Shown one piece after another: positions 1 through 14,400 of a DNA stretch of 64,000 nt (its first letter is position 1; every line of letters begins with the position of its first letter). Under the pieces are notes generated by a model. It searched no databases. It was not told where the DNA came from and was given only the letters and a program-made list of their open reading frames with translations. Origin of the DNA: Blasia pusilla (Eukaryota); the NCBI GenBank assembly GCA_050084515.1, contig CM114271.1, positions 32,984,001 through 33,048,000 on the forward strand, given 5' to 3'. The position numbers and the translations under genes are program-made.

Positions 1-215
1 GACCACAACAGCTTGGGGACAAACTGACCACCCCATGAATCCGAACTTCACCACTCAACAATCGGTAAGTAGAATCGCACCCGAGGTTGTGAAAACCGTG
101 ACTCTAAACACTGAACTTCATTCTGTACTCAGAAGTGATGTGGTAAATAGAACTAGCAACCGATATCGCAATGAAAAAAAAAAGGCAAGACTTGTCTGCA
201 AGAACTCATTCTTAC

Positions 216-919
216 CGCCAGCCAAAGTGTAAACCAGGGACAGATTCCGCACTTCTGCAACATCCTGCCAAATGAAGTCAAAGACGTGCGCATTACAGCA
301 CTGACTCCAATTCACTAGCCCTCTCACTTCTATTGCAACGATGGAGAATATTCGTCGACATTGAGGCGCTGACTACGAAATCGCTAAGTGCCATGCTGAA
401 CACTCTTACAGGCCGAGCAGACAAGAATCGGCAATGGCCATGGCATCTTCCACAGAGAGCCTGGAACTTCCTATTACTCACCTCGAAGCTGGCTCCGCAA
501 ATGAGCTTGACCCATCGCCCTTCTCTCAAGGAGACTTCAGGAGAGCTGGCTGTGGAAGTTTGGAGCCGAGCCACAATTGTGTCCCAATCGCCAAGGCTCC
601 ATGATGTAGCTCCTCCTTCACGGACATCTGCTCCAATAACTCTCCTCAGAACCAGCCCAACCTACTCATCACCACTACAAAAACAGCCTCAGACAGAAAC
701 CTTCCATTGCCAAAACTCGTCGCCTCAGAGGTCACACACACACACAAACAAAGATCGACAGGTCTTACCTCCACTATTCTTCTCCGCACTGAAAACAGCC
801 TTGGAAGTGGCACGAGGAGAGCACTGGATTTTTGAGGCAGCAGTCCGTGACCATGTACCCGGATTTGGGGGGTGAAACGACGGGGCTCTGAGCACCCGTC
901 GCAGCGCCAGCCCTTCCAT
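216..919 (-). CDS. LdpA: Plastid LdpA-like iron-sulfur protein, 5' exons only; the gene runs off the left edge of the window
   Basis: Inferred exons 919-769 (MEGLALRRVLRAPSF..., transit-peptide-like), 627-482 (...SLREGRWVKLICGASFE) and 264-216 (DVAEVRNLSLVYTLAG), with GT/AG boundaries and consistent phase. WVKLICGAS..D...RNL.LVYTLAG is the conserved N-terminus of cyanobacterial and plant LdpA. The exon-2 acceptor is the least certain boundary. Confidence 0.8.
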
Positions 920-1200
920 AACCTCCCACTCTGCTTCAGATCCTAGTGTCCGTGAACATACCTCCGGACCCACGGACCATTTGAAATCGACTGCAAGTTC
1001 CAAGTTCAAGTTGAAGAAAGCGAATCCACTAAGCTCCTCTGCTTGCTCACTGCCATAAAGTTTGAATCATGTGCCAAACTAAACGTCGCCTATCTCCGTA
1101 CAAAGTGGCACCAAAAACCGAAATTCCGCGTGCAGCGCATCATTGTTCCCACATTTTCTTGTGACGTTTGATTCGTATGAAAATTTTCTCGTGCATCAGT

Positions 1201-1335
1201 TTCTCATTACATTCTTTCGAGAAAATTAATTTCTTTTCCGAAAATTTATGGTGATTTTACTTACCATGGGCAATTCTTCTCATTACATTCTTTCCAAAAA
1301 CTTATTTTCTTTCTCGAAAATTTATGGTGATTTTA
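1201..1335. repeat. Imperfect direct duplication of ~59 bp upstream of LdpA
   Basis: ttctcattacattctt...cgaaaatttatggtgatttta occurs at ~1201-1259 and ~1278-1335. Confidence 0.7.
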
Positions 1336-3659
1336 GGTACCATTGGAAATTCTTCAAACTATGCAATTATTTGTGGGGGGGAGTGATGGGATTAATATTA
1401 CTTGTACACGAAAAATATTTTTCTTGTTGGCCGGTTGTTACATGTCAAATAAAGAGTTGTTTGTAAATTAAACAATCACTCTCCAATAATAATATAGATT
1501 TTACATTTGTGTTTATTAGTATTTGGTTATGAAATTGCCTTAATTACTTTGCGATGGCCCATGATTTTGTCTAACAGTTGAAAAGATAATCTACTTGGTA
1601 GATGATGGATTAATAAGGAATACACCCATTTGCTTTAAGTGAATCACTACCTAATTAGGTGGAACATGTGTCACCCAAGATGACACGTGTTGAAGTGATA
1701 GGTGTTTGTTATTGGATCATAATCTATGTTATAAATCTAATTTTAAACAAATCTATGTATGGATAGGAAAATTACATATTACACGAGTTTTCATAAAGAG
1801 AGGACATATTATAGAAGGTTTTTCTACCCAAAAGGAAAGAGAGACAAGCATAAGACTCTTGCTTCAATAGCTATCCGACGGTTTGAGTAGTGCCCTTGTG
1901 CATGCCCGTCTTCAAAGACTTCAACACAAGACACCTCCCCACGGGTCTCTCTTAACAACAAAACATCACTCCACACCACTCTACATAGAAGGACCTAAAC
2001 AATCAAGGGGTCATTAGGATGGGGAGCCCATAGGTTTCCCCTTGACATGCATATGGTCGTTGCAACTCTCCCCCCTCTTCATGACGCCCGTTTCACTTCC
2101 ATTGTAAATATGAAGAGATCTCCCCTCTTGCTCAAACTTCTTGCACAGAGACTCATGTGGTTTTAATCATCATCATCATTACTATTAGAGGACGGCTTCT
2201 CGATTTTGAAGACCTATTTGCTTGACAAATGGCACCCCGGCAAGAAGAAAATATTTGGATGGGCGGTTTTACTATTAAATCCGTTGTCACGTCTTTTATA
2301 GTATAATAGTGAGTAATTTCCTAGTACATCTAAGGAGGTCACACATTAGTCCGTGAGATTGAGGAGGACTTATTGGGGACTACGGTAACTTGAGCATGCA
2401 ATATCATGTGTGTTATAGCGGAATGATAGTATCCGTACGACATACGAGGAGGTCAATATGAGGAGATCAAGGATGATCTATTGATGACAAGGGTAATATG
2501 AGTATATAGATTATCCTTTCTTTTGGGCTCATTTTAAAGAGGAACTCCACTTTAATATAATAACAAACCTCAAAAGGGGACTACGAAATGTAATAACATT
2601 CCAAGAAGGGAAGTTAGCCAAACTCATTTGGAGTAATATCGAAGAACTTACTATTTTGGATAAATTCTTATTTTAAAATTGAATCAAGTTGATTTTCCAA
2701 AAACGTAAGATGGATCTAATGAGTTGAGACTTATTTTAGGGGGAGTGAGGTTGAAAAAAGAAGAAAACAGATTTAGTGAGTTGACCCTTTTTTAGGGGAA
2801 GTCAAGTTGATCTAAGGGTATAGGGGTTCTTTAAGTTTGACCCTAATTAATTGGCTTGAATGTGTAAACCCTCCAAGCCTTCCAACCACCTCTCTACCGA
2901 TCTACCATGCCATCTGGTTCGATAGTGCATGCGGATTTTTTTTTCGGCTGTTTTGGATGATCCGTGCCACATGTTTTTTTTTCACTCCATTTACTGATAG
3001 CTCTTGCCTAGTCTTGCCTAGTGATGTGAGGGAGCGTAGAGTGATATGATGGACTTCCAATTTTCGCGGTAAATTAAGACTCATGACTAGTTTAACAAGT
3101 AGTGTGAATGTAAGGTAAAAATGAAATAGTGGGGGTATGGAATAACACAACAAGAAGATGTTAGAGATATGGTGTTAGAGATAGAAAAAAAGAGACCTGC
3201 AAATCCATTTGGGGTTCAAAGATAAGAGATAAAAAAAATAAATAAAAAAACTTATTTATTTATGTGGACCCTACAACCTTTCGCCGAGTTTGAAAGCGCC
3301 ACGTGGTCGGTGGATACGTGTCACGCACATGAGCTCTCTTCCCGTCCACATTGCTCTCCAAGTAGTCAGTGAGTGTTCGTCTCACCTCGTCTGCTCAGCG
3401 CCCACCAAAGTCGCTCACTCCGTCCGTCCATCCATCCAAACTCACGGGAACTTGTCCGTAAGAATAATGCGACTAATCATCTCGTATTCATGCAATTCCG
3501 GAGCACGCCCGATCGCAGTCCGAATCGGATGAGGCCCTTGTGAGTTAGCGCTGTGGGTTGATCACTCGGTGGCTTGATCACGGAGGCAGGCAGGTGGTTT
3601 GAACTTTGAAGTCCTGGGAGCAGGGAGCGTGGGGAATTGAGGGATTAGGATTTGGAATC

Positions 3660-6600
3660 ATGCAGTACTCTATGGTGGTGCAAGCAAGCATGCAATCGGC
3701 AGGGAGGTCGATGTCTTCAGCCCCGTCTGGTAGCTGGAGGGTGGCAGGCTTGGGCGCGCTTCCAGGGTCGGCACAATGCCGGGCATCCGTGGTGGCGAAG
3801 AAGAGCCTCTCGTCGTGCTCTGTGTTCAATGCTTCGTTTCCTCTGAGAGTGCAGTGGGGAGGGCTGGAGGTCGCTCCGAAACCTTTCCAGGGCGGGAGGA
3901 TTTGTGCGAGCTATGGGGCTTTCGGTGGTGAGACGGTGGAAGTGGACGACCCTTTGGAAGTGAACAAACGCGCACAGGTGATGTGGATTGGATTCGAATG
4001 TTTCAGGTTTTGTGGAAATGATACGAGTGGTCTCGAACAAAGCATGAGCTGATGAGGCGAACTGTTCGTCTTTGTTTACTTGACATGGTATAGACGATTC
4101 CGATTGTGAATTCGTAATTCGAATCTCTCATGGTTTCGTCCATCTCTATCTCGTAGGGTTTTACTCCACATGTGGGCAAACAGATACTTTTTCCTAGGTT
4201 TTCGTGGAAGGATTATTCAGTTGTTTTTTCCATGAGCTTTTCCAAGCCAATCGCATCTATTATTCACTCTGAAGAAGCGCTGCGTGAGATCGTCAGTGGA
4301 TTGTCTGAAAGAATCTCGCGGTCTTGTTTTTGGAGACAGAAGGGTCAGTGCACAAGGCCTCATGTTTTTCGACCAATGCTATCTTCTTGTTGCCCATTGA
4401 TCGTTTTCCACTCACTTGCCCGCCTGCAAGAGGAACTCTTACAAGCAAGTTCATGAATCGTCCATATACTGGCACGAATCTTGATTATACCAAGAACTGC
4501 CTTCTACTGTACATGGAGCGCTCATGGGGCTTTGGAACTGAAAGAGTAGCCTAAATGGACAACTGGTGATGAATAAGAATAAGGATTGTTGTCAGAGTTG
4601 AGAATAAACGTCTGGTCACATTTTTCTGATGACAGCTTAATTTCAATCATCGTCTTGTTTACTGTTCACTCACTGTTAGAAAGGTTCTACGAGAGTACTG
4701 CATACTTAACTGAGGAATTTTTGTGACGATTGCCATCCCTAGAAAGATGTTTTAGGGCTCATCTTGGAGAAGCGTCACACATGAAGGGAGGGAAGTACTG
4801 CAGAAGAATTACGTCTTCAGATGTTGGGTCCCCTCCTCCTCTTGGGCTTCTGGGCACGGTTCCAGTGGAAATGTTGAGGTTGACTTTATGTTGGGACTTT
4901 TGGGCACATTCAATCAAGATCATGTTCATTTGGGTGACAAAGTGTATGAACACGCGCAGGTCTCAAAGCGGTTGGAACGGACAGCAGGCTACTTCAGGAG
5001 GCTTGGAAGTTTAGGGTTTTGGGGTCAGCTTGTGTGCACAGTTGTATCTGCAATAATTCTTGCTTTCTCAATTGTCATAACGGGTGCTGCCACTGCCCCT
5101 ATTACTCTTTATCTCACCACGGCTGGCATTGTTGCGGCATTCTTGTCTGTATTCTGGTCGTTTGGATACATGCGACTTTCACAGAGGCTGAGAGCAACAA
5201 TTGACGATCCCACAAAGGTAACATGCAGTGGTCGACCTAGTTGTTAGCCATACCACAAGTACCATAAGGTATCACCTTTGTAATACTTTTGTGAACCCTG
5301 GGAAACCTGAAACTGAAGTTTCATATGTTGGATTATTTTTTATTGGTATGGTCTTCTAACCTTTAATACTCAATCCAGGCACCTCCTCGCGCTCAAGTGG
5401 TGAAGAATTTGAAGAATGGAATTGTGATCAACCTTTTAGGAATGGGAGCAACTCTCTTGGGCATGCAAGCAACTGTAGGGGTCCTTGTTGCCAAAGCACT
5501 TACCTCATCTGCTCAGCCTTTTCTGCAAGGTCAAGGATACAGTCCTGTTTTGGCTCTGGACGTCTTTGTAGTGCAGGTAACAAAGCAACTTCTTTGTCTT
5601 CTCTTCTTTATGGTACTGATATGTGACAAGCTTGGAACACTGATTTGTAATTTCTTGTCTCCTGATGGATGAGTCATAGGGAAGGCACTTTTATTATGAT
5701 GTTTCCAAACCAAAGATATTGTGCCACTGGGTGGGTGAATGCTTCTACTCGTCAACCTTAGAATCTAATTATTTTAGTTCAGTAAGTCTTTGATATCTTT
5801 TGATTTGCTGAGCTTGTGTGTGCAAGGGTCTTGGGCTCACTGAGATTTTGAGTCTACCTCACATATGTCCAAGCAAAATTTCCTAAGCTAGAGGAACCTT
5901 CACCATTCACCATGGTCAGTACCCTTTTTCAGGAGTCATTCCTGGCTGACAGGGTTGAGGGTCAAGCCCTGGAAGTTCCACATTCACACAAAAGCACTCA
6001 CCCTAACTCTTTCCCATGACATTCATGTGCGCCATTGAACCAGGGATGGAGAATCTGTGGTGGGAAACCTTTGATACACTGTACCCTATGTTTGTCTCCA
6101 AGAAAGAGTTCTTAATATATTCTACACTTGCATTCTCTTCCCTGGCTGTAAACTGCAGATCATTTGTCCAAAAAGGCAACCTTGCTAAAATTATGCAGGT
6201 TGTTATGGTTCCTGCAGTATTTCTTCTTAATGGGATTGTGGCTTCTCTTTGGACGGAAGGCGTCAAACTTATCCTCAACAGTTTTTGCAATTGGCCCATC
6301 GGCAGTTGCAAAGAAGAGAGCTAGTTAGCCCTTTGACAAGATTTTTATCTGTCTTAAAGATTTATCTTACAAGCTTACAAGACAATGAATCTTACATTCC
6401 TTTCATGGTAGTGTTCTTTCTATACTATTATTGTGAACACAGTATGCACAATAGGACAAAATAGAAGATAATAAGTTTGAGTCCTAAAGGATATGGGAAG
6501 TGGTAGTAAATAACTATTTGGTACTCCCCAAGAAATGGAGGAGTGGGGAGTTTATTATGGGGTGAGTGGAAAAGTGGAATATTGATTAGGAATGGAACCC

Positions 6601-7271
6601 AAAAATACCTGTGCCAAGCATGGGCATGAAACTAGTTTGGTTAGTCCTCAATCTCTTAAAAACAAATGATTCCCCCTAATCAGGGATCTCTTCTGTTCTT
6701 GACTGCTTTCCCTCCTTCCATTCCTACATTCTATAATTAGGTATATCTCATTTCTGTGATAATTTGATTTCCCACTTTGGGTTTCAAGGGTTTCAGCGTA
6801 CGGTTTTGTCATCCTCAGGTAAGGACTGTCATTATTTCTTCAATTGGTTTCACACAAGGAATGAAAGTGTCATAGTGTCATAGTTTTCAAAAGTGAGGGG
6901 TATTTGGCTTTTAGAAGGTCACTGAAGACGCACTTTTTCAGGTTCTAAGATACCCATTGGTTGTACTTTGAAGCTGGGAAAGTAAGTAAAGCAGATAATT
7001 GAGCTGTCACTCATTTTGTTTTGTACATTTGCACTCTGTCTTGAAATGTTTAAAGTTTAATCTGATTACACCAGTTAGATGGTGGCACAATTTTGCAATG
7101 TTGGTCGTTTGACAGGACTAAACTGCCTTCTTACATACGTAATTTTCTGTGCAGGCATCAGCCAATGCTTTGTTGTCTCACTTTTTGGGACTCGTGTTCT
7201 CCTTGGAGCTTCTCCGATCAGTCACTCTGTCCCAGCCTCCACCTGACAATGTCATACCCAAGCCTGTGTAG
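3660..7271 (+). CDS. TIC21: Chloroplast inner-envelope protein TIC21 / PIC1 (CIA5; iron permease family), 4 exons, ~296 aa
   Basis: Exons 3660-3977, 4960-5217, 5379-5576 and 7155-7271, all separated by phase-0 GT-AG introns. Family motifs: VSKRLERTAGYFRRLGSLGFWGQLVCTVVSAIILAFS, APPRAQVVKNLKNGIVINLLGMGATLLGMQATVGVLVAKALT, PVLALDVFVVQASANALLSHFLGLVFSLELLRSV. The N-terminus is a Ser/Ala-rich transit peptide. Confidence 0.93.
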
Positions 7272-10049
7272 ACTGTTGCTCGTTGTGGTGATTGCTCCAG
7301 TTCCATATTTGAGAGAGTTTGATGAAGGTTCCTTGTTGGGTACAATTTCACGTGAGAATGACAGTTCAAAGCTAAATGTCTTCTGAGGGGTTCCATGCAA
7401 GCTCATCCCCCTACCCCTGCCTCAGCATAACTGTTCTGCCAGCCTTCAGCGGTCATGCCTGACCCAGTTTGTCTCCCTCTGCTGTTCTTCCTCCGGTTTG
7501 ATTATCTCTCCACAATTTGTACCTGTAATGGGGTTTCTATAGCTGTGGATTTGAAAGATCTGTTATCGGAAGATGACCATAGGATAGTGCAGAGAGGTAG
7601 TCAAGTCTGATCAGAGATTACTTCAGGATCCAGCAGAAGCTTTGAATTAGTGGAGTACAGGAGCGTGATTCTATTTTGATCATATGCAGAGCAGCCGCAT
7701 GGCCTCATTGACTTCTTTCTCTGCCCACTGGTGACCTATGACCGCAGGATGCATAATTCTCTTGCTTATATTGCCTCTTATCTCCTCACTTCTGCTCAAT
7801 GCCCTTCACTTTAGCACCATGGCTAGGCAGCGGTGTAGTGGCTTATGCCATCCTATTGAAGGACTGGATTTGTTTCTGGGAGTGCTCATTATAACCAATC
7901 AGCACTCCCATGTCAATCCTCTTCCAAATTTAGAGTAGTAGTCCATGCAGAAAGCAAGAGAGAGGATGGAAATCCGATTTCTTAATACGGGGAACTGGTT
8001 GGCTGTTTTTCTCACACCCAATCAAGAATCTCAAAGCTTCAAAGGCCTGTATGTTCTCGACAAGAGCTTCCCACACTCAGATTCATGTGTGCAGCTTCTT
8101 CCATGGTTCAGGCTGAGGTGGCCTTTTGGGGGGAAGTTGACAAAACTGGATGATTGCCTTACACCAATGTGAGAGGATGTGAACTCTTGTCTCTTTCACA
8201 AACTAGGAAGAGTATCCATGTTGACACTAAAACTCAATTGGTGTTACACATGAAAGAATAGATTATTCAATCCTCTATTCAAATTCGTGTCATTTGAAAG
8301 GAAACATATTCACGACAAGGCAATAGCCCCTTGCAAATGTTACTGTAGCACTAATGATTTGGTCCATGAATGGGTATGGATTGTGGGTTGGTTTAGGGTA
8401 TGATCTTGAGTTATCAAGATTTTGTATGACTCACTCACATCCGTCCACTCAATGATGCATGATTCATCCGGATTTCTTCAATTTTTTCTACTAGAGCTCG
8501 AGAATTTGCATGTGAATGCTCTGATTGACGTTGGCTTAGATGGTAGGTGGGGCCAGCTTCTAAGATTGGGGGAGGTTCACAAAGTTGGGAAACCTGCCCA
8601 AGCTCGACTCCAAACTTAGTGTTGAAGATGCACTCTGTATGATTTCTCTTCATCATGTGTATTTCCGACAGATTTGTTCAGTTATGATGAATTATCTATT
8701 CTTGCTCCATCGTTGTAAAGTGTGCATATGGGCACAAGATCAAGTGGTTTACACTTGAAATTCGAAACTCCACTAAGTCACACAAAAGTGGTTTGCAGGA
8801 ATAATAATATATTGAGTTACGAGAGCTAACAACACTGTTTAGAACCCCGCTTAATCATAGTTAGGAAGATCAAATCTACGATACTTTTCTCTCGTGACTT
8901 CATGTTATCATCGAATCCATTCATGAACCTTTTATATATATTTATAATCTATATAGAAAAATAATTAAAACTACTAAGTCTTTAACTGCCCTAGGAGCAA
9001 CTGATGCACAAGATGATGTTTTTATTTGGGATAGAGTCAATAGACCAGACCCAAATTAGAATTTACTACTTGTTCCTTGAATGCATAAGTATTTTAATGG
9101 ATGTAAGTGTAGGTGAGCAATACTTGAGCCATATTTTGAAGAAGTTAGAGATGAAGGTGCATGTGTGATGCGGGTCTCTTAAATTTTTGTATGAATTTTG
9201 TGACATTGTATCACCCATGCATTCTCGTGAAGGTGTGCGTTCCTTTTAAGAAAATTTCAAATATTTATATGTTGGAAATGCGAAAAGATGGGACCCCTTG
9301 TTCATGAGATAAAACTTCACTCCTTTTAGATCTTCTTTTCACATTAACTAATCCCTCCTTCCTTTAATTATGATATAGATGTTCATGTGGGTGGTAGTTT
9401 TAAATGGAGATGGTTAAGTTATTGGCTAAACCAACCATTTATGATATTTGAGGAAGGATAACACATAAACAATGAGTCTTCCCACAATTGCAAAAGCCTT
9501 GATGTTACAAGGAAAGTTCAAAAAAACTTGGTACCAACCTAACCACTCACATAAATAAATTACTTCTAATTTTTAATATCCCAAGTTAGAAGTAACTATA
9601 CATGTCCACTTCATAAGTTATAAATGGACTTACATAGCACATGTTGGATCCCTACCTCGCCAGTATTTGGTAGGTCCTTATATCCCCAAATGGAGGAAGG
9701 AACAAGTAGTTAGAGGCACAGAACAAGAAGATATTGCTTTGTGGTAACCCTAAATCGTAACCGGCCGGGACGAAGAAAATATGGCATTCCTATCCTCTAA
9801 ACTCACCAATACCAGAAGTAATATCGATAATCCACATTATTATGAGAGAGTGCTTTCTTGATTTGCAAACACTTCTTTGCTTGGCACATGACAAAAAGAA
9901 AATATTTCACATATTACGAATAATTTATATAAAAAAAATTCACAAGTTATGAATAAGAAATAAAAATTTAAATGTGTGTGAACATCATTAATCTCTTCCC
10001 TTAGTGGACTATCTTCCCTTCATGGACTAGTCATGTTCTCTATTGCTTG

Positions 10050-10520
10050 GGAGAGTGGCTTCCATGTGCAGAGAGAGGCACTACTCCATGCGGGATTTCC
10101 TTATCCGTGTTGATTTCTACATAACGCGGGAGACTGAGGTGGTGGTAGCGGATGTTGTAGATCCTACGCGGGAAGCGGTGCGGGCTCAAGTGGTGGCACA
10201 AGGGAGATTGCTACAAGGAGCGGCGGGGATAAAGAAGACTCACATTTATAGTCGATTTCATGACGGACATTGATTTGTTCCCCTAGCCATTGAGATGTAC
10301 GGGGGCTATCGGGGAGAGGTTTGACTCGTTCTTTACGGATTGATCCCATCATCTCCAGTCAAAAAATGGGTTGTCCTTAGCCACTACGATACTTTGTTGT
10401 AGGCAACGGGTCTCCATAGCTTTATTGCGTGCCCAAGCAAATGGGCTTTTGCGGCGGGCTCAGGCGGTTGGAGACATCAATGCTAGAGGCCCGCTTAGTA
10501 GTAACTGTAGTTCTCTAGGT
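10050..10520 (+). mobile_element. 3' fragment of an RLE-type (CRE-like) non-LTR retrotransposon, frameshifted
   Basis: Reads RERHYSMRDFLIRVDFYITRETEVVVADVVDPTREAVRAQVVAQG..., followed by an FVPLAIEMYG-like motif. This is the restriction-like endonuclease tail and is nearly identical to the end of ORF 29532-30443. Confidence 0.7.
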
Positions 10521-11472
10521 GTTCTGTTCGTTAGAGGAAGGGGGCCCTCTGTCTCTTCGGGCCAATTTTGGCCCGTGGGCTTTTTTTCTCTCATTGCCCC
10601 CCCCCCTTTTTTAATCCCATGGGTTTTCCATGAGGCTAACTCTTAAGGACTTTTTTTTTTCCATTTCATGGCACAGGTACTTACTAGTAAGACGTGACGC
10701 TCTAACGCGGGTGGCCATTATCGCATGCAGATCTCCCATTCACCCAGCTCCTCCCGTGCGGGCAGTGCCCTCGAAAGTGGGTGGAGATGCTTCGCGGGGG
10801 AGTGGGTAGAGAGTTCCAGGTAGCGATCAAGAAGGGATCTGGTCAAGAATGTCCAGCTCCTGACGGAGATTCCTTACATGAGAGCGAGTCCGGCGACACA
10901 ACGGAGAGCGGGGATTCCCAGATCAACGACCTCCGCACAATGGAGTCGCGGACGCAGCTTCGGCGCCTATAGAGGGGGCGAACGCTTTGGTGTTGGATCG
11001 TCGAGACACGGCAGGAAGATGGCGATGAGAATCACGGAGTCGGAGGGAGAAATCGAGGAGGCTCAAGAAGGGACGTCCAGGGATTTCAGGAGGAGAAGGG
11101 AAGCATGTGCGCGCTTGTAATGCCGAGATAATCGCGTGGCGCTCTCGTGTTCCGACGCGCATTTGGTGCTGTCGGGACTCGCGGTGGCAGCTCGATTGGC
11201 TGATTGAGGTCAGTCGAGTAGAAGATCTGCGCTGCGAGCGCGGATCAATCGCTTTCTTCGCGATTCGTGCCAGTGCGCATTTTCTCCTCTTGTCTATTCG
11301 TTCCTCTCCTGTCCCGCGGGGGCTGCTGGAATTCTTCTTCCTATGATTCAACCGCTGTAGCCAATTCCACGCACGTTGGGTGGGAGTGTTGTGTGCAGGC
11401 TCCGGGCATTCGGTTGAGTTCGTGCTTTGGAGAAGCGACTCCTGCTGGGGGTGGTGCTGAAGCCCCCGCGCG

Positions 11473-14400
11473 ATGCATCCTCCGCTTGTAGCGTGCAGCA
11501 GTGCCTGCAAAGTAGTTGCGTGCTTTGCGACGCCACCGGCGCGGGCTGTGCAGAGGCAGTCGTCGAGATATGGTGGCGTCTACATTCCTAGGTTGCGAGC
11601 GGTCGGGGCCGGGGAGCGCCCGCCCGACTCGTCAGACGCAGGCGGAGGTAGCGGCAGAAGCTTTCGATGGAGCGCAGTGCGAGCGGCGGCCGTGCAAGAA
11701 ACCGTGAGCGCGCTGCTGGTGGAGGAAGAAGAGAAGCAGGAGAATGGAGCTCACATATCAGAGGAACGTGTGCAATCTCCCGGGGATTATATCGGCTACG
11801 GTAGTCTCCTCGAAGACAAGTCCTTCCGAGAGCGCTTCGTCGTCCGGTTTGGTGAGGTTGGCATACACGGACGTACCTCCCTCGAGACTCTTTCAGCTTT
11901 GTTGCAGGTTGGGTGCTCCTCCAACCTCATGACTCTGCTAATCCTCCTCTTTCTCCGCTTCATTTTCTCCATTCGGCGAAGGTTTCACTTTGGGATTCTC
12001 AACTCTGCCCGCATGCGTGGATTGTACGTACATTGTGGAATTGGGGAGGTGCTCGCAAAATTGCTAAACCTGCAAGCTCGTAGCTCGTAGCTGATAGCTC
12101 TGCTCCTTCTCCTGCTCTTGAGCGATGGCTGCCATTTTTTGAAGGCTTCGTTTGCGGAATTCTTGAGTCTGCCTGCAATGTGTGGAGTATGCGTGCATGG
12201 TGAAATTGGAGACTACTGGGACTCATAAAATTGAGGCGTCTCCAAGTTCATAGATGTGTGCCTTCCCCTTCTCCTGCTCCTGTAACTAGGTGAAGGCTTC
12301 ATTTGTGGGATTCTTGAGTCTGTCTGCAACGCTCGGAGCATAACGACACAATGAGACTGGGGCCGCTGGAAAGACGGGCGCAACGTATGGGGTCACGGGA
12401 GTCTGAAGAGAGTGTAAATTGGAAGCAAGGCTGAAGAACCCCGCAGATATCTGTTGCGCTGTTGGTTAGCAGAACGCTGTCAAGGTCCAATCAATGGACT
12501 GGAATAATTTTAGTTGACGTAATTCAGTTGTATATTTACATAATAGGAGGCTGCCACGAATCATGTCATTTGGATGGACTACGGATTCAGCCCTGGCAGA
12601 AACATGAGTGAAAACATCACTGTCACCACACGAATGCACATCGAAGTGGATCGCTACCCTGTCTGGTGAGAGCTACTGATCATGGTCCGGTTATTAGAAT
12701 CCTTGCGCTGTGCAGTTGCATCCCCCCAAGTGTTCTGGCTGCGAGAATTGTTGGGTGTCTGGACTCCAGGTGATCTGCCAGGTCGTGCGTTGGATGTAAC
12801 ATGTAGAGGTGGGTTGTTTTCTCCTGAGACAGGCGTGATCTACTCGAGATTGATACTTGGTTCCAGGCAGAGGGAAAGAATGCTGTCCGTAGGGACTGGA
12901 CAGTGCGGGACGTTAAAACAGGCCAGCACATTGCGTTTGCAACGAGGTGGGTTTAGGAGACGCGACATGATCTGTACTCCTGCTGTATGTACTGTTGTGG
13001 GGTGGGATGGGATGGGATACATATATGGCATAGCCTTGAGATATTGATAGCTTTGGATTCAAGCTGTCCTGACCGGAGAGTGCAATTGAGGAGAGAAGGG
13101 GTGTGCAGTAGGTGTAATTGAAGTCTGGGAAGTTGCACTGGAACTGAATTCCTATGGTTGCAGTGTATGGGTGCTCATGAACCCGCGGACTCGACGACTG
13201 AGCAAAATAAGTCAAGAGATGTGGACGGAGCTGGAGCCTCACATGAGAAAGCCTTTTAAGTAAAGTCAACTGCCCATAGTCCAACGTTTTAAGTTGGAGT
13301 GAAAGGTTTCCTATTCCTTCCTTTCTTCCTTCCTTCATGCGTGGTCTGGTGGATTCCAAATTTAGAGGTCTAGTTGCAATGTCTACTTATCATTTCGATG
13401 AGTGACCTTTGCTACCAGCTGGAAAGATGGTAGTATTTCAGTGTCAGATGATGTTCCCGTTTAACCCACAAAATCAACTTTCATACAGGTGGGCTTTGAC
13501 AGAGGACAGGAGGCAAAATAGCTCAAGGAAAATAGAGAAACTGGATGATGAGGCTGCCTTGAAGACGGATGGATTAATAGTGAGACACCCTACCACCTGC
13601 CTTCTGATTGTGGTTCTTGAAAATACTATACATGAAGTTTTTTTTGTTCCAGCTCGCTAGTGCTAAGATAATGTGGCAATGCTTTACAGGCCTCTGAGAA
13701 GGACTGTGACATGAACCAGCACGTCAACAATGTTCGATACCTCAGCTGGATGCTTGAGGTGATGTGTTTGATACTCCTGTGTCGCATTTGCATACACTAA
13801 CATCCCTAGTAGGTCACATATGCTCAGTGATTTGCCTCAGGGCTGGGTGTTATTTAATTGTGAGTCTTAGGTATGCGAGTGAAGACATGATTTCTAGGAC
13901 CCTCAAAAATCATCAGAGTGTGGTATACCTCTTTCTTCTAAAAGAGGTCTACCAAAGCTAAACTATAGCAGTCGGATTTGAATCAACAAGATCGACATCA
14001 TGAACCTGATAGCTTTGAGGTTTGGATTAAAAATTTTATTGAAGTTTATATCTACAGTTCAGCAGGAGCACAAGTTTAAGACCTCTCCAGAGTATCACTT
14101 ATAGCTGTGTGGATGCATTTCCCAACCCTGTCTTAGGGTTCCCTATGGCCTGCCGAGGTCCTAGTACTGACTTGAAAGGATGTAAACGCCTTCTTCTGTT
14201 GATGCTGTCCTGGGATTGTCACTTGCTAAATCTTTTGAGTGGAAATCTGATGCACTAGGTGATGTTTTGCATGGCACGGTCACCTGACTAACCTCTTCGT
14301 GACAACTTAATGCTGATGCCATAGTTGGTTTGGCTTTCCTCCAGAGTATACCCGAAGAACTGAAGCGCTCTTATGAGGTTAGCAAGATCACTTTGGAGTA

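Noticed and set aside
333..875. 180-aa plus-strand ORF
   Set aside because: It is antisense to the LdpA exons and introns and has no family motif.
8010..8118. Possible second F-box remnant on the minus strand (PEPWKKL...VWEALVENIQAFEALRFLIGCEK)
   Set aside because: Two stops fall within the motif and the similarity is too weak to call by eye.
10781..11510. Several overlapping ORFs (63-195 aa) upstream of FAT
   Set aside because: GC-rich promoter/5' UTR sequence gives open frames on both strands. No domain signature was seen.
12100..12365. Diverged internal duplication within FAT intron 1
   Set aside because: Real but short, decayed and intronic, with no sign of function.
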